Shown: positions 20,400-31,251, counted from the first letter of the stretch. The stretch is 64,000 nt of DNA from Parcubacteria group bacterium (GCA_028286615.1 JAQBRG010000003.1:83330-147329); one strand, 5' to 3'. The notes: generated from the sequence alone by a model not told the origin. Translations and numbers: made by a program.

Positions 20400-22622
20400 C
20401 TACTTGACTTGCTTAGTAAACAAATCTACTTTTGGTCTTCCGCTAAAGGTACTAATCTCCCTCAGCTTGGTATCAGGATTGTATACCTGCCCCTCTGTAA
20501 CGTAATACGAGACTCCATTTTCCTCCATCGTATTCTCAGATAGCGTATATACACCTATACCTGGGTTATCGAAGGAGTAGGTTTGTGCAAACAGGCTTCG
20601 CTCCTTATAAGTACCTCCATGCACAAACAAGTTGCCCTTGGTATCGCTATATACATGCGGCTCGTTAGGATTTACTTCAATTCCCTGCGCGTTACGAACT
20701 GTCTCTGAGCTTGCTTCAGGCTGCGCTTTTTCTTCAGTTACCGTGGCAGAGACAGCAGCTGGAGCAGCCTCTGGCTTGGCTTCTGTTACTTTTGCTTTCT
20801 GCTCAAGAGGAGGCTTATTTTTTATAAAGGCTTCATATGCTTTGGATTTGTACCCGACATCTCTTACCATCTTCTCTTGAGTCTGGTTGTACTGTTCACG
20901 TTCAAAACCTGGAGGTATTTCCTTAGTTGAGTGCCATATGTTGAAGGAGTTTGCAGGGTCTGGTGTTACATCCATCTTCGCTGACATCTTGTATTTCTTT
21001 GGTGCAGTTTTAACTTCTTTCTTTGCGGCTTCCTTGTTAACAACAACCTTTGGAGGAGCTTCTGCACTACTCTTTGCTACAGGAGCTTTAATGCCCGCAC
21101 TCGCAGCTGATTTAGCTGCTGCGGGCTTTGTTGTTTGCTTCTGTATTTCTTTCGTGTGGTCGTTTCCGGGGTGTGACAAACCAAAGAAAGCAGCCAAGCC
21201 AGCTATGCCTGCTGCGCCCAGACCAATGAGGCCAGCTTTTTTCTTGGAGTTCTTTTTCGCTTCTGAGGGCGGTTTCGTTCCTTTAGCATTCTGCTTTTCT
21301 AAGAACTTCTCATACTGCTTTAGCGACATGCCGTGAGACGCTGCGAGGAGGTGAGGATTAGTATCTCCACTTACTGGAGCTGGTGTACGGCCGGCTTTGG
21401 CGTCTCTTTTTGCCATAGCTTTTTCATATGCCTTAACATTTTTATATCCCATAGCAGCTGCCATAAGGTATGGATTGTGTGGCATTGGCTTCTCCTCTAG
21501 AACTGGCTCAGGTTCGACACCTGCAGCTGGTGTTTCTGTCTCAGCGAGTGCTTCTGGGGTACTTGCTGGAGCAGGTGCGGCGTCAATCTTTGTAAAGCCA
21601 CCCTCATTCACAGATCTGTAATCTACAGGCGAAGAGTTCAAAGGACTTACGCCTGGGAACTGTTGCGGGTAGTTGGGATCTTGCTGCACTGGAGAAGAAA
21701 GGCTGGCCTGTTGAAGCAATTCTGCAAGCTTTTTCTTGGCTTCATCTCTGCTATCAAACATCTTTGGCTGCGGGAGTTGCTCTCCAAGTGCTTTGTCCAT
21801 GGCCTGTTGGTACGCTTCGAACTGTCCAGGCAAGAATTCAGGGACTGTAAGAGATTCAGCTACAGGCTCAGCGTCTACAGCGAGTACTTCAGGTTCCGCT
21901 GGCTCAACTTCAACAGGCTGGTTCTCTGTGACAACTTCAGCAGGTGCTTCTGCCTTTTTTGCTTCTGCAACTTTTTGTGCTGCTTCTAAAACCTCAGGGA
22001 TTATCTTCTGATCAAACTCGTCAGAAAGAGCATCGTATTCGTCATTTATTTTTTCTATGATTCGTTTACTTGGCTCTTTTTCCATTTGAGTTACAAGGGA
22101 TGTGATCCTTTTATAGGCATCGTATGCTTTTCCCCACTCTACTGGCACATCATGTACTTGAATTCCCATCGCACGCACGTCCTCGCCTAGCCACATAAAT
22201 CTATCCTTGGCTATTTTACGAGCTCTATCATATTCGTTTTCTTCCGCTGCTTCAGCGTTCTTAGAATCTTGTGGTTGCTCAGCAGATTCTATCTTTCCTT
22301 CAGCTGCTGCAGATATTACCTGCACATCCTGAGATGCTTTATCTTCTTCGACTTTAGCAGCAGGTCCCCCCTCTACCTTATCAACAGCAAAGTCTTCATA
22401 CGCAGATTCGTATTTTTTCTGTAGCTCTGCTTTCTTTTTAGAATCTGTAGAGCCTTCATAGGCGTTTAGAGCATCAATTGCAGCATAGTATTTAGCTGCC
22501 GGCACACCTGCTTTCGTACGCTTTACATTCAAGCTAGCAAGAATGCCTCTCTCTTTATCAACATCCAGTGTCTTTTTTATTCCTGAATCAATCGGTGGGT
22601 TTGGAGGGCTATTAAGTGACAT
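20400..22622 (-). CDS. Large low-complexity hypothetical protein with single TM segment
   Basis: 740 aa, A/E/P/K rich; TM GLIGLGAAGIAGLAAFFGL. Confidence 0.75.
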   Translation of the reverse strand: MSLNSPPNPPIDSGIKKTLDVDKERGILASLNVKRTKAGVPAAKYYAAIDALNAYEGSTDSKKKAELQKKYESAYEDFAVDKVEGGPAAKVEEDKASQDVQVISAAAEGKIESAEQPQDSKNAEAAEENEYDRARKIAKDRFMWLGEDVRAMGIQVHDVPVEWGKAYDAYKRITSLVTQMEKEPSKRIIEKINDEYDALSDEFDQKIIPEVLEAAQKVAEAKKAEAPAEVVTENQPVEVEPAEPEVLAVDAEPVAESLTVPEFLPGQFEAYQQAMDKALGEQLPQPKMFDSRDEAKKKLAELLQQASLSSPVQQDPNYPQQFPGVSPLNSSPVDYRSVNEGGFTKIDAAPAPASTPEALAETETPAAGVEPEPVLEEKPMPHNPYLMAAAMGYKNVKAYEKAMAKRDAKAGRTPAPVSGDTNPHLLAASHGMSLKQYEKFLEKQNAKGTKPPSEAKKNSKKKAGLIGLGAAGIAGLAAFFGLSHPGNDHTKEIQKQTTKPAAAKSAASAGIKAPVAKSSAEAPPKVVVNKEAAKKEVKTAPKKYKMSAKMDVTPDPANSFNIWHSTKEIPPGFEREQYNQTQEKMVRDVGYKSKAYEAFIKNKPPLEQKAKVTEAKPEAAPAAVSATVTEEKAQPEASSETVRNAQGIEVNPNEPHVYSDTKGNLFVHGGTYKERSLFAQTYSFDNPGIGVYTLSENTMEENGVSYYVTEGQVYNPDTKLREISTFSGRPKVDLFTKQVK

Positions 22623-22632
22623 AGATAAATAG

Positions 22633-25362
22633 TTAAGAAAGGTATCGAGCTCTAATGGTTGCTTCTATAGTGGAACGGTCTCGCCCGTAGGTCAAGTAGG
22701 AAAGCTGCCTAAGATCGTCTACCTGCGCCAAGTTCCCTTCGCTAAGTGGGAGTGTTTGCATATTGAACGGCTTCTGCGGTATGCCATGAGCAAGAAGACG
22801 GATATATGCGTTTCTGTTTTCAAGGTTTGTAAAGTCCGAAGAGGTAAATGCAGGTGCAAAAAGTTTCTCAAAGAATTCTCCGTCTTCCTGTCCAACGCGG
22901 AACGCTGCCATTGATCCAACGTTTCCGAACACCGCATCACGTATCTTCTGGTCAACCTGCGCCAGGAACTGGTGCGCAAGGGTTAGAGAGAGTTTGTACT
23001 TGCGAGCTTCTGAAAGAATACCTGGGATAGAGTCCGTAGTTATGTTCTGGAACTCGTCTATGTAGAGGTAGAACGGTGGGAAGTCTCCACGTGGATTGTC
23101 TGCACGAGATAGTGCAGCCATAAACAACTTTCCAACAAGAATAAGACCGAGCAGGTTGGCGTTTCGTTCTCCCAGTCTTCCCTTTGAAAGATTAACGAGA
23201 AGAATCTTCTTGTTGTCTATAACTTCACGGAACTTAAAGGAAGATTCCTGCTGGCCAATAATAGGACGCATGAAGTCGTTTGCCGTGAACTCGTCGAACT
23301 TGTTCGTGATATACGGCACAATGTTCTGAAGCGATGCCTCGCCTTCAGCTTTTGTAGCAATTTCCTGCCAGAACTGGTTAACGATTGGGTTGTTGCTCTT
23401 AGAAAGTTTGAGATTTCTAAACTCTGCGTTTGAAAGTACGCGTCCAATATCCATGAGTGTAGACCCTGATGCCGGATCTTCCATAACCAGCTGTGTTGCG
23501 TTACGGAAGTACTGTTCGAAGGCAGGTCCCATACTCTCGGGCACATCTCCATACAACTGCCTGAATATCATAAGCATCTCGTTCACAATGAAAGATTTCT
23601 GCTCGGGCTTAGACGGATCGTACTCAAGCATGTTGAGACCGAACGGACGGTCTAGGTATGCTGGATCAAAGTAGATAACGTCTTCGTATCGCTCCGGAGG
23701 AACGCTCGCTAGCACGTCGAGAATATCGTTGCCGTGCGGATCTATGAAGCAGACACCGTTTCCGGCTTTAATATCCTGTTCAATCATAGTCTTAAGGAAT
23801 CCAGTCTTTCCGGCTCCCGTCTGTCCAATAACATAGAGATGGCGAAGACGGTCCTCAGGTGCGAGGAATACGTCTGTAAGTGTTCCGCGGAAGTTGTTCG
23901 TACCCAGCTTCATACCTTCCTTCGGCATTTCCATAGGAGCGGCAGCTGCTGCCGTACGCGATTGTTTCAAGTGTGGCGAAGACTCAATACCCTTTGGAGG
24001 GAAGTGGTACATCGTGGTGAGTTCGCGAAGAGAAAGCGGAAGGAGAGACCCTTGTGAGAAGAGACGGAAAGAGAAGTTGCGGAAGAAGCGCTTGATATCT
24101 CCTCGCTTAGGTTCGACGAAAGCGAGTCTGTTGCCTGTTGTATTTTCAAACTGGTTAAAGGAAGATGCCAGTTCTTCAATTATTTGATGTGCACGCGAAG
24201 GATCTTGTGAGGACACGGCAAGACGAATATTTGCGGCAACAATCGGAGCAGCAATCTTCTTCTCAAGCATTTCAATACCCTTCTCATCTATTGGGCCTTT
24301 ATTCTCAGGCTTCTTAGAGTTGTTAGCGAAGATATTAAACGCTTCACGAGCCAAGTCTCCTACGAATGTTTCAGGGAGCGAGAAAGCTTCAGAACGAGTC
24401 TTTCCTTCGCGAAGTGCATGCAGCACTTTTCTATAATGTTCTACGTAATGGTTGCCAACAGGCTTGAAGATTATCTGAAGCGCAGCTCCCTCGCCCTCCG
24501 GAGCAATCTTCGCAAATGCATTTAAAAGAGAGTTGAGAGGATCGTAGTCAAAGTCTTGGTAGTCCTTAAGCGGCAACATGCCTACATCCTTAAACTTTCC
24601 AACAACTCCCACAGACGTACCTCCGTCCATGAAGATGTTGTAGTCGTTTGGTTGAGCGGTTATGTGTGCTCCCGGGAATATAGCGAGCAATTGCTTTTCA
24701 AAAAGGTCTTTGCGGGAGTTAGGGACCGCTGCGTAGAACATAAGGTGTGGATGGTCTACCGGTACCGCAAGCTCAAGCGTGAAGTATGGCGGCTCGCTTT
24801 TATGTGCTTCTCCAACTGAAAGCATGCCTGAGTAGAACTGTTCCATTGCGGACACCAGTTCCTTCAATGTCTTTTCTCTTCCTTCCTGAGTACTTGCAAC
24901 TTCAGGTAGCGCAATCTCGTAGAGGGTCATGTGCAGCGCCTTCCATTCAGGCTGTCCCTCCTTAATGCCTTGAATTGGCATTCCCTTTAAAACGTACTGC
25001 ACGAGGAAGCGATGGAAGTCGTCTTCAAGGTGCGGATTAGCTAGCTTTTCAAGTACCGCAAACGCATTTGCTACACCCTTCGTCTCCATAATGTTGCGAA
25101 GTTCTTCTATAGTTTCGTCGTCTGCCTTTGGATCAAGGTTTAGGGCAAGCTCATGCGCGGCTTCTGCAGGCATGCGGTATCCAGGAGCAAAATGTTCTTC
25201 TGCCGCATTCTCGCGATGATGCGTTATGCGTTCGTGCGCAACTTCAGCGCGCGGCATAACCGTGTTGAGCGCAGCAAGCTCTGCTTCTTTCGCAGCTACT
25301 TGCTCACGCAGATATGCAATCTCATCTTCAGGCGATGCGATCGGCCGTGTGGGTCCCTCCAT
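22633..25362 (-). CDS. VirD4/TraG/TrwB-like (HerA/DUF87-related) coupling ATPase
   Basis: RHLYVIGQTGAGKT Walker A, IDPHG, YIDEFQ Walker B, SEARKY, AHQ, VFGNVGS. Confidence 0.88.
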   Translation of the reverse strand: MEGPTRPIASPEDEIAYLREQVAAKEAELAALNTVMPRAEVAHERITHHRENAAEEHFAPGYRMPAEAAHELALNLDPKADDETIEELRNIMETKGVANAFAVLEKLANPHLEDDFHRFLVQYVLKGMPIQGIKEGQPEWKALHMTLYEIALPEVASTQEGREKTLKELVSAMEQFYSGMLSVGEAHKSEPPYFTLELAVPVDHPHLMFYAAVPNSRKDLFEKQLLAIFPGAHITAQPNDYNIFMDGGTSVGVVGKFKDVGMLPLKDYQDFDYDPLNSLLNAFAKIAPEGEGAALQIIFKPVGNHYVEHYRKVLHALREGKTRSEAFSLPETFVGDLAREAFNIFANNSKKPENKGPIDEKGIEMLEKKIAAPIVAANIRLAVSSQDPSRAHQIIEELASSFNQFENTTGNRLAFVEPKRGDIKRFFRNFSFRLFSQGSLLPLSLRELTTMYHFPPKGIESSPHLKQSRTAAAAAPMEMPKEGMKLGTNNFRGTLTDVFLAPEDRLRHLYVIGQTGAGKTGFLKTMIEQDIKAGNGVCFIDPHGNDILDVLASVPPERYEDVIYFDPAYLDRPFGLNMLEYDPSKPEQKSFIVNEMLMIFRQLYGDVPESMGPAFEQYFRNATQLVMEDPASGSTLMDIGRVLSNAEFRNLKLSKSNNPIVNQFWQEIATKAEGEASLQNIVPYITNKFDEFTANDFMRPIIGQQESSFKFREVIDNKKILLVNLSKGRLGERNANLLGLILVGKLFMAALSRADNPRGDFPPFYLYIDEFQNITTDSIPGILSEARKYKLSLTLAHQFLAQVDQKIRDAVFGNVGSMAAFRVGQEDGEFFEKLFAPAFTSSDFTNLENRNAYIRLLAHGIPQKPFNMQTLPLSEGNLAQVDDLRQLSYLTYGRDRSTIEATIRARYLS

Positions 25363-25479
25363 TATGTAGAAGTATACGTTATTCAAGCTTGCATATAGAG
25401 AGTTTTCAATGAATAACTTGCGCTTGAGAGCATACGCGCTAGTCTAACTCTAGACACATAACACAGGGAGAGACGTGCT

Positions 25480-25854
25480 ATGGAAATAACCGGTATTTTG
25501 TTGCTGACTATCGCCCTGCTCGTGATACTCGGCTGGCGCGGGTTTCGAATCTTTGGAGACGTGCTGCGTATCATGCTTGCACTTGTTGCGTGGCTGGTAT
25601 TCCTAGCAACATTTCTATGGATTCCAAAGGATCCATTCCATCCGTCGCTAAACGGCAGTTCTTTTGCAATGGAATGTCTTCCCGGCTTCGGCGCGATGCT
25701 TTACGATCACAACATCACGTGGCGTCGCGAAGTTTCGCTTGAAAGAGCTAGAGCCCGAAAAGAAGGGCGGCAACCTCAAACACTTCGGTTCTCATGGAGA
25801 CCGTTCTTTCGGCAACTTTTTACGCACCCTGCACTCCGAAGCAATCTGGACTAA
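25480..25854 (+). CDS. Hypothetical membrane protein
   Basis: Two N-terminal TM helices; GGGAG RBS. Confidence 0.55.
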   Translation: MEITGILLLTIALLVILGWRGFRIFGDVLRIMLALVAWLVFLATFLWIPKDPFHPSLNGSSFAMECLPGFGAMLYDHNITWRREVSLERARARKEGRQPQTLRFSWRPFFRQLFTHPALRSNLD

Positions 25855-25906
25855 CAAGACGGGCGCTGGCTTATAACCAGCGCCCGTTTAGACATTTCCC
25901 TACTAC

Positions 25907-26242
25907 TTATGTTTTCTTACCAATTGAACCAAACAATGCGTTGATAAGAGAAACAACAATTGAGAAGAAGAATGCTGCCCAGAATCCACTAACAACGAAG
26001 CCGGGCACAATCATGCCAGCAAGGAGAATAAGGAGTGCATTAACAACAAGTGAGAAGAGTCCAAGCGTAACAATGTTAATTGGAAGCGTTAGAAGTCCAA
26101 TAACAGGCTTGAAGAATACGTTTATGATACCGAGCACCACAGCAAGTACAATTGCTCCAACGAGCGTTACGTCAACTCCTGGAATAAGGTAGGCCGCTAG
26201 AAGAATCGCTATAGCGGAAATGAGCCAATGAAGAAGTGTCAT
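25907..26242 (-). CDS. YvlD-like / phage holin superfamily IV membrane protein
   Basis: KPVIGLLTLPINIVTLGLFSLVVNAL...VPGF signature. Confidence 0.88.
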   Translation of the reverse strand: MTLLHWLISAIAILLAAYLIPGVDVTLVGAIVLAVVLGIINVFFKPVIGLLTLPINIVTLGLFSLVVNALLILLAGMIVPGFVVSGFWAAFFFSIVVSLINALFGSIGKKT

Positions 26243-26260
26243 GAGGATTAGGTAAGAATA

Positions 26261-26944
26261 TTAGGGACGCGCAAAACGGAAACTTTGTACGATGGTATCA
26301 AGCTTGGCGTATTCTGCCTGTAGCTTCTCATCAGGAACATCCTTTACGCTATCTGGATCGTCCATATAGTTAGACCCGGTCTGAATCTTTTCAACTGCAA
26401 CACAAGCGCCTTCGTGTACAGCACGATAACTAACGCCACGAGAATATTGCATCATGGCTGCTTCTTGGAAACTAAATGCTTTGAACACAGTACCGTTAAG
26501 CGTTACATCCGGAAGCGCAGTCTCTCCACGATCTGGAGTTACCTTCTCACAAGATGCAACTTCCCCAGGATCCTTGCTTGCTCCAATACGAACCATTGCT
26601 ACGAAATAGCGTGGGTATGAATCCTCACTTGCTGTCTGGTATCCGATAACAGCCGCAATAGGGGTACCGGTAGCATCGATAGAAACTGGGTTGGCACGCC
26701 AGGTTGGCGGAAGATGGTAGAAGGCTGTAAATGTGTTTTCAACCTTGGCTCCTTGTGGGTACACGAGAGAGAACCCGTACTCGCCATTCGTATAGATGTT
26801 GCTTTGCTCAGTAGGCATTGGAATGGCCGCTGAAGGTATATCAGCTTCCCTGTCTGCCTGAGGAGTTCTAAGGAACCAGAAGCCCCACACAAGGCCAGCT
26901 AGCACCAGCACGACGACAATCCAGACTTGGTACTGTTGTTTCAT
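26261..26944 (-). CDS. Hypothetical membrane-anchored exported protein
   Basis: N-terminal TM; YTNGEYGFSLVYP; ends IVQSFRF (PsbP-like pattern). Confidence 0.7.
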   Translation of the reverse strand: MKQQYQVWIVVVLVLAGLVWGFWFLRTPQADREADIPSAAIPMPTEQSNIYTNGEYGFSLVYPQGAKVENTFTAFYHLPPTWRANPVSIDATGTPIAAVIGYQTASEDSYPRYFVAMVRIGASKDPGEVASCEKVTPDRGETALPDVTLNGTVFKAFSFQEAAMMQYSRGVSYRAVHEGACVAVEKIQTGSNYMDDPDSVKDVPDEKLQAEYAKLDTIVQSFRFARP

Positions 26945-26981
26945 ATGTATGTAAGTATACGGTATTCAGAAAATGCTGCAG

Positions 26982-27407
26982 TTACAGAAGTGCGAGCTTT
27001 GACACCTCTACGGTATCGTCCTTAATTGTCCCTTCCACATGCACCGGCGTGTCAGCTCTAACCGGATTAGCTTCGTCTGGAGTTGCGCAAGGCAAGTTGC
27101 TTTGCTGGCATTCGGCCTGATCCAGGAATACTAATCTCTTTGTCTTAACCGAAGGCTTTCCTCCAGCATCATAGGTTGTGTAGAGAATGTACGGTACACC
27201 CGGACTTCCATTGGTCTCATCCAGAATAATAGTTCCATTCTCTGAGAAGTTACCCATATCCGCATTAGCTACACTTGCTGAGAGTGTCGAAGGAGTTGAA
27301 GATACGTCAGCAGTAATAAGCGCGGGCATGCCTGCGCCATACATGTATATGGACAGGCCAATGGCTGCCACAACCGCAAGTAAACCTCCTAACAGAATAG
27401 GCATCAT
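26982..27407 (-). CDS. Hypothetical membrane-anchored protein
   Basis: N-terminal TM, 141-aa ORF. Confidence 0.65.
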   Translation of the reverse strand: MMPILLGGLLAVVAAIGLSIYMYGAGMPALITADVSSTPSTLSASVANADMGNFSENGTIILDETNGSPGVPYILYTTYDAGGKPSVKTKRLVFLDQAECQQSNLPCATPDEANPVRADTPVHVEGTIKDDTVEVSKLALL

Positions 27408-27427
27408 ACAACCTTACAATATGGCAG

Positions 27428-29008
27428 TTAAAGCCTAGATGAAGCTTCTTTCAGCCTCTTTAGCACGAAGTCTCGAGGAAGCACCGACAAGAACCAGCCA
27501 ACTTGTGGACCTGAAGTTCGCGCAAGGAAGATATGGTAGAGCGCAGTAAAAAGTTCTTTTGCAGGAATCGGGACTGTTGTTTTTAATTCGTGCAGCTTGG
27601 TATGTATTTCAACTCCCGTACGCGGTTCTGCTTCTATGTATTCTGTAAGAGCAACGAGAGCTGCCTTTTGGGTATCCGAAAGTGTGCCTTCAGGAAGAGT
27701 TTCTTGGAGATTGAAACGGAACTGCTCTGTGGCATAGGTTGAAAGCCAGAACTTTGCATACTCAGCGCGCTCAGTCAGAGCTACTTTTTCTGTATCGGTA
27801 AGAGAGCTTCCTTTTACACGCTCGGCTTCTTCCTCAAGCGAGAGATGTGGCATCTGCACCACAAAAGCAACCTGTCCGAAGCGCAACTGCCAAGGTGCGG
27901 CAGCTTCCGCTTGGTTCGCAGGCAGCTGAGTCAACATGTAGAGACGGGTAAAGTCGTCAGCAACACCCTGTCGCACGAGTTCAGCGAGCTCGTCATACCA
28001 ATCAAACCAACGCGGAATACTATCTCCCTCAGGATCTACATCAATCTGCTGGTTGATGTCTTTGCCAATAAGCGCAAGACGCAGCACTTCTGATGGAAAC
28101 AGTTCAGCAATTTCTCGTGCTGAAGAACCTCGTCCTTTAGACGAAGACATTTTCTTTCCTCCAACCAGGAAGAACTCATAGGGAATATCGTATGGAGGCG
28201 TTATATCAAAAACTTCGCGTGCAATATGGTTTGCTACGTCTCGAGACCCACCTTTAGTTGAGTGGTCTTTGCCTCCTCCTTCAATATCAACGCCGAGCAC
28301 AGCCCACTTAACTGCCCAATCTGCTTTCCAAAACAGTTTCGCGGCTCCTTTAAATGGAGCAACGCGTCCTTTATGTCCGCAGGGAACGCATCCGTCCGGA
28401 CTCTTCTCGCAGCTGTATGCAACAGTCTCACCATCAAAATCACTTGCGTTTGTGGTCATCATCTTTCCGCACTCCTCACACACAACAGATATTGGAAGCC
28501 ATCCCTCAGGCTTGTCTGAGCCGGATGTTTCTTTCAAGATACGTCGAATATCTGAAGCACGCTCAAGAGCGATGCGGATATACGAATCCATCTTTCCTGC
28601 GCAATACAGATCTTTGTATGCGTGGTAATAGATTGGAGTGAATCCAGACTTCTTATGCACTTCTATAAATTCTGCAGCAAAGTACTCAGCAAAGTTTTCA
28701 AAGCCTTCTACAGGAGAAGGGACCGCGTACAATGGTTTTCCAAGATAGGGCGTGAAGCGCTCCTGGTCTAAATAACTTTGCACCGTATCAAAAGGATCAA
28801 AGTCATTTAACTCGTACTGGTACTCGTTTGGAATACCGTATTCAGAAAGCACTTCGCTAACGAGACCATGTATAGCAACACCACGCATTGACCCGATATG
28901 GATGCGGCCAGAAAGCGTCTTTTCATCACGAATGAGAAGCGGCTTTCCACCCGCTTTTGGAGCGCGTGTATCTTGAATTTCTTTAGCGATTCGGTCTACC
29001 CAGAACAT
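27428..29008 (-). CDS. lysS: Lysine--tRNA ligase, class I
   Basis: SGRIHIGSMR (HIGH-like), GKDH, KMSSSKG, SGPQVG. Confidence 0.93.
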   Translation of the reverse strand: MFWVDRIAKEIQDTRAPKAGGKPLLIRDEKTLSGRIHIGSMRGVAIHGLVSEVLSEYGIPNEYQYELNDFDPFDTVQSYLDQERFTPYLGKPLYAVPSPVEGFENFAEYFAAEFIEVHKKSGFTPIYYHAYKDLYCAGKMDSYIRIALERASDIRRILKETSGSDKPEGWLPISVVCEECGKMMTTNASDFDGETVAYSCEKSPDGCVPCGHKGRVAPFKGAAKLFWKADWAVKWAVLGVDIEGGGKDHSTKGGSRDVANHIAREVFDITPPYDIPYEFFLVGGKKMSSSKGRGSSAREIAELFPSEVLRLALIGKDINQQIDVDPEGDSIPRWFDWYDELAELVRQGVADDFTRLYMLTQLPANQAEAAAPWQLRFGQVAFVVQMPHLSLEEEAERVKGSSLTDTEKVALTERAEYAKFWLSTYATEQFRFNLQETLPEGTLSDTQKAALVALTEYIEAEPRTGVEIHTKLHELKTTVPIPAKELFTALYHIFLARTSGPQVGWFLSVLPRDFVLKRLKEASSRL

Positions 29009-29029
29009 GCCGGAATCCTACCACGAACT

Positions 29030-29926
29030 TTAGAATCCGTTGGCCTTGAAACTCCACCAAGACTGCTTAGGAGTTGCTGTGCTTTCGGTACTGGTTGCAG
29101 ATGCCTCAACTTCCATAGTTGAAGAAGCGGTACTCGTTGCTACAGGAGTATCGATACCAATGACACCTGTCTGAATCAGGACTTTTGCATCAGCTTGGTC
29201 GTGACCTAGAGATTCGCGAAGTGTTGCAACAGCAGCACTCGTAACGTCAGGCACAACCCCAGCCTCAACACGATCAAGTGCGGCGGAAGCAAGTGTTGCT
29301 TTCTCTTCCACCTGCTTTGTAAGGTCGTCAGTTGCTGTGTTGGCTTCGTCAGACTGTACAACAGCTAATGCATGTAGATCCTCTGCACGAGCTAGCAGGT
29401 GCTGCTCTAGTTCGGCGCGCACAGCAATAGAAGCACCGTCTCCTCCTGTTTCCTCTGCTTTGTTTGCTTCAGTGACAGAGGCGTCAACATGCTCAGAGAA
29501 TTGTGCTGCAAGGTATGTCGCCTTTTCTTCGTCTAGCTTCCCTTCCTCGGCTAGGGCAAGTGCTTCTTCTATGCGGCGGTCTGCGCGCTTGGCGAGTGCG
29601 TGGGCACGCTCCTCGGGAGTATTAGCAAGGGCGAGTGTAAAAGGCTCGTTAACGCCAACCTTAAGAGAGTAGAGTGCGTCTCCAGGCACGGCTTTTTCTG
29701 CAGCAAAAGTTGCGCTGCTTCCTACGAGCAACACCACCAGTAATGTAGAGACTCCCGCACGGAACTGCCAGGAAGAGAAGATTGGTATAAAAGTACTTAC
29801 AGGCTTCGCAAACATAGGGTGCATGTCTGCATACGCCGCAAGTTTGCTTCGTATAGATTCACGTGTGGAAACAGAGAGACGAATCTCCTGAAGATGTGCG
29901 AACGTTTTTTGTATAAGGTGGTTCAT
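29030..29926 (-). CDS. Putative anti-sigma factor (DUF5667-like)
   Basis: TM followed by AEKAVPGDALYSLK...E; overlaps the sigma factor stop (ATGA). Confidence 0.7.
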   Translation of the reverse strand: MNHLIQKTFAHLQEIRLSVSTRESIRSKLAAYADMHPMFAKPVSTFIPIFSSWQFRAGVSTLLVVLLVGSSATFAAEKAVPGDALYSLKVGVNEPFTLALANTPEERAHALAKRADRRIEEALALAEEGKLDEEKATYLAAQFSEHVDASVTEANKAEETGGDGASIAVRAELEQHLLARAEDLHALAVVQSDEANTATDDLTKQVEEKATLASAALDRVEAGVVPDVTSAAVATLRESLGHDQADAKVLIQTGVIGIDTPVATSTASSTMEVEASATSTESTATPKQSWWSFKANGF

Positions 29927-30426
29927 ATTGCGTGTATAAGGTCCTGCACTTTCTTGATGGCGCGATTGATGCGAACAGAAATGACATTGGCGGTCTCTTC
30001 GGTTATCTCAGCAATCTCCTGAGGCGAGAGTCCTTCCACGTAGCGCATAAGAAGCGCATCGCGCGAAGGCTCGTCGAGCTGGTTTATAACCTTAAGCACT
30101 TCCTGCATTTCAGCATCGCGCACTATGCCTTTGTGATCTTCGGAACCGAAGTCGATTCCCATATCCGTAAGCACATCAAGTGAGGATTCCTTCTTCTTTC
30201 GATACCAATCGATAACAAGGTTGCGGGCAATGGTGTAGAGGAGTGCGCGAGGGTTGCGTAATTCAGTCCCGTCGCGAAGTGCCTGCCAGAGCCGCATGAA
30301 CACCTCCTGGGTGATGTCTTCAGCTACTTCCCGATTACTTATCTTCATCGAGCAGAACCTGAAGATGTCGCCAGCATACTGGTCATAGGTTTCCAGGAAT
30401 GTGGCCTTCATTTCGTCTTGGTTCAT
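29923..30426 (-). CDS. ECF-type RNA polymerase sigma factor
   Basis: AEDITQEVF, LYTIARNLVIDWYRK, GLSPQEIAE, VRINRA. Confidence 0.92.
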   Translation of the reverse strand: MNQDEMKATFLETYDQYAGDIFRFCSMKISNREVAEDITQEVFMRLWQALRDGTELRNPRALLYTIARNLVIDWYRKKKESSLDVLTDMGIDFGSEDHKGIVRDAEMQEVLKVINQLDEPSRDALLMRYVEGLSPQEIAEITEETANVISVRINRAIKKVQDLIHAI

Positions 30427-30528
30427 AGTATAGGACGCTGGGCAGAGCTCAGTCTTACTGCCAATTATAAGGCATAACGCCAAAGATGCAGGGTTTTAAG
30501 ACCCTGCATCTTTATTCTTAAATACCTA

Positions 30529-31251
30529 TTATTTAGCGGCCGTAGAAGCTCTCATAGCGAATGCCTCTCGAATAGAATCAAAGAGACTAGCTTGAGCACT
30601 TGCTGAGACTGTTGTGGAAGCCATCTGGTCTTTCCATGCCGCTACACGTGCCTCAATATCTGCACGGAGCTCGTCATCGTTGCTCATAGATACCAAGAAG
30701 CGGTACCAAGGATATGAGATTGAAACTGTACCGTCAGCGTTCACGTGTGTCTTTGCGTGCATCAACATTGGAATAAATCCAAGGAATCGTCCCTCTGTTT
30801 TGTAATCCATGTCTACAGAATTGTCTTCGCCAACACCAACTGAATTTATGTGATCGTCGTCATGCATAACGGAACGGAAGTATAGATCAAGATCATCACT
30901 GGTCTTAATGCTGTCGCGAGATTGGCTTTGGCTGGAATCCTCATCTGAAAGATCTGCTCGAAGAACGCTGAATGAGTGGTGTCCTGAATCATCCGTGCTT
31001 CCTGGAGTGCTTGAAGCTGAGCCCGTGTGATGCGAAGAATCATCGTTTCCAGTGCGCGAGTCATCATTCACATCGTGATCACTGCCATCATCTGAGCCAT
31101 CTCTTCCGCTATTAGCTGAGACCTGCGCTGAGGCATTCAATGTCTGTCCATTCCCGCTTCCCGTGGTATCAGCGGCGATGGCCGGAACTCCTGCGCTCAC
31201 AGCGAGTGCAAGCATCGTGAAAGTCGAGAAAAGATATTTGATCATAGGCAT
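30529..31251 (-). CDS. Hypothetical secreted D/S-rich protein
   Basis: Signal peptide; GRFLGFIP...YPWYRFL C-terminal block. Confidence 0.7.
   Translation of the reverse strand: MPMIKYLFSTFTMLALAVSAGVPAIAADTTGSGNGQTLNASAQVSANSGRDGSDDGSDHDVNDDSRTGNDDSSHHTGSASSTPGSTDDSGHHSFSVLRADLSDEDSSQSQSRDSIKTSDDLDLYFRSVMHDDDHINSVGVGEDNSVDMDYKTEGRFLGFIPMLMHAKTHVNADGTVSISYPWYRFLVSMSNDDELRADIEARVAAWKDQMASTTVSASAQASLFDSIREAFAMRASTAAK

Noticed and set aside
25907-26242. Prophage inferred from the holin-family gene
   Set aside because: YvlD-like proteins are common chromosomal membrane proteins, and no phage structural or lysis genes are nearby
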